64,000 nt of DNA. Source: Ramazzottius varieornatus (lineage: Eukaryota > Animalia > Tardigrada). Location: the NCBI GenBank assembly GCA_001949185.1, contig BDGG01000002.1:1323145-1387144 (forward strand), given 5' to 3'. Shown here in pieces: positions 63,487-64,000 of this stretch. Below the pieces are notes generated by a model. That model saw only the letters and a program-made list of their open reading frames with translations. It did no database searches and had not been told where the DNA came from. The first letter of the stretch is position 1. Each line of letters starts with the position of its first letter. A program made the position numbers and the translations under genes.

Positions 63487-64000
63487 TTATAGCTAACAAG
63501 GGAACCTTTCGACAATCATGTGTACTTTCAATGGCATCCCTGGGTGCTCGGGAGGTTGTTTTTTTTCCAACAATAATTTCGTCAAGCGTCAGGTCCGACA
63601 TGCCAGCGTGAACGGGTCGACAAGATGATCTCTTATCATACCCAAACACCCCACCAAAACAAACCTACCGAAACCTTGCGGTGAGGCTGCATACTATACT
63701 CCGATGCATTGGAAGAGAATAGTACTATGGGACGCCACGGTAGTTCACATCTTTGAACCTCTGGTGTCGGAATGACGGGCGAACGCATTGGAGCAGCAGT
63801 CAGAGAAGTACAAGAAACGAAAGTTTCAGAAGTATCAAAAGCACCGCCGTAATGGGAAGTGTACGTGATTATTGGGTTGAAGTACGGGAAAACTTGTTCT
63901 CCATATGAACGTGGCCGATCATCCTCTTCTTTTCTGTGGCTGTTTTCTTGGATAATCTCTGATTTTACACCTCTCTTTCAATCTGAACTGTGTTCATATC

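Noticed and set aside
1-64000. Prokaryotic systems (CRISPR arrays, operons, defence islands) and rRNA/tRNA genes
   Set aside because: Genes carry spliceosomal introns and animal products; no regularly spaced direct repeats or recognisable structural RNA genes were seen.

Overview
This window is gene-dense eukaryotic (animal) genomic DNA with short GT-AG introns. The gene content suggests a tardigrade such as Ramazzottius/Hypsibius, but this is inferred, not shown. The first 19 kb encode mostly secreted proteins: an FAD amine oxidase with an in-frame TAG, four paralogous Gly/Asn-rich genes (two with G-RRKR processing sites), a thyroglobulin type-1 protein, two head-to-head 4xCUB proteins and SCPEP1. 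Next come BCKDHB, two paralogous 10-finger C2H2 genes separated by a MITE cluster, and arginine kinase. The 38-50 kb zone is decayed, with a natriuretic-receptor-like fragment, pogo and LINE remnants and a RhoGAP/PH pseudogene. The last 14 kb hold a TRH-receptor-like GPCR, two paralogous six-cysteine secreted peptides, an MS4A-like protein and a c-opsin-like gene with altered activation motifs. A ~50-bp palindromic repeat recurs in introns across the window. Gene models were spliced by hand and no database search was run.
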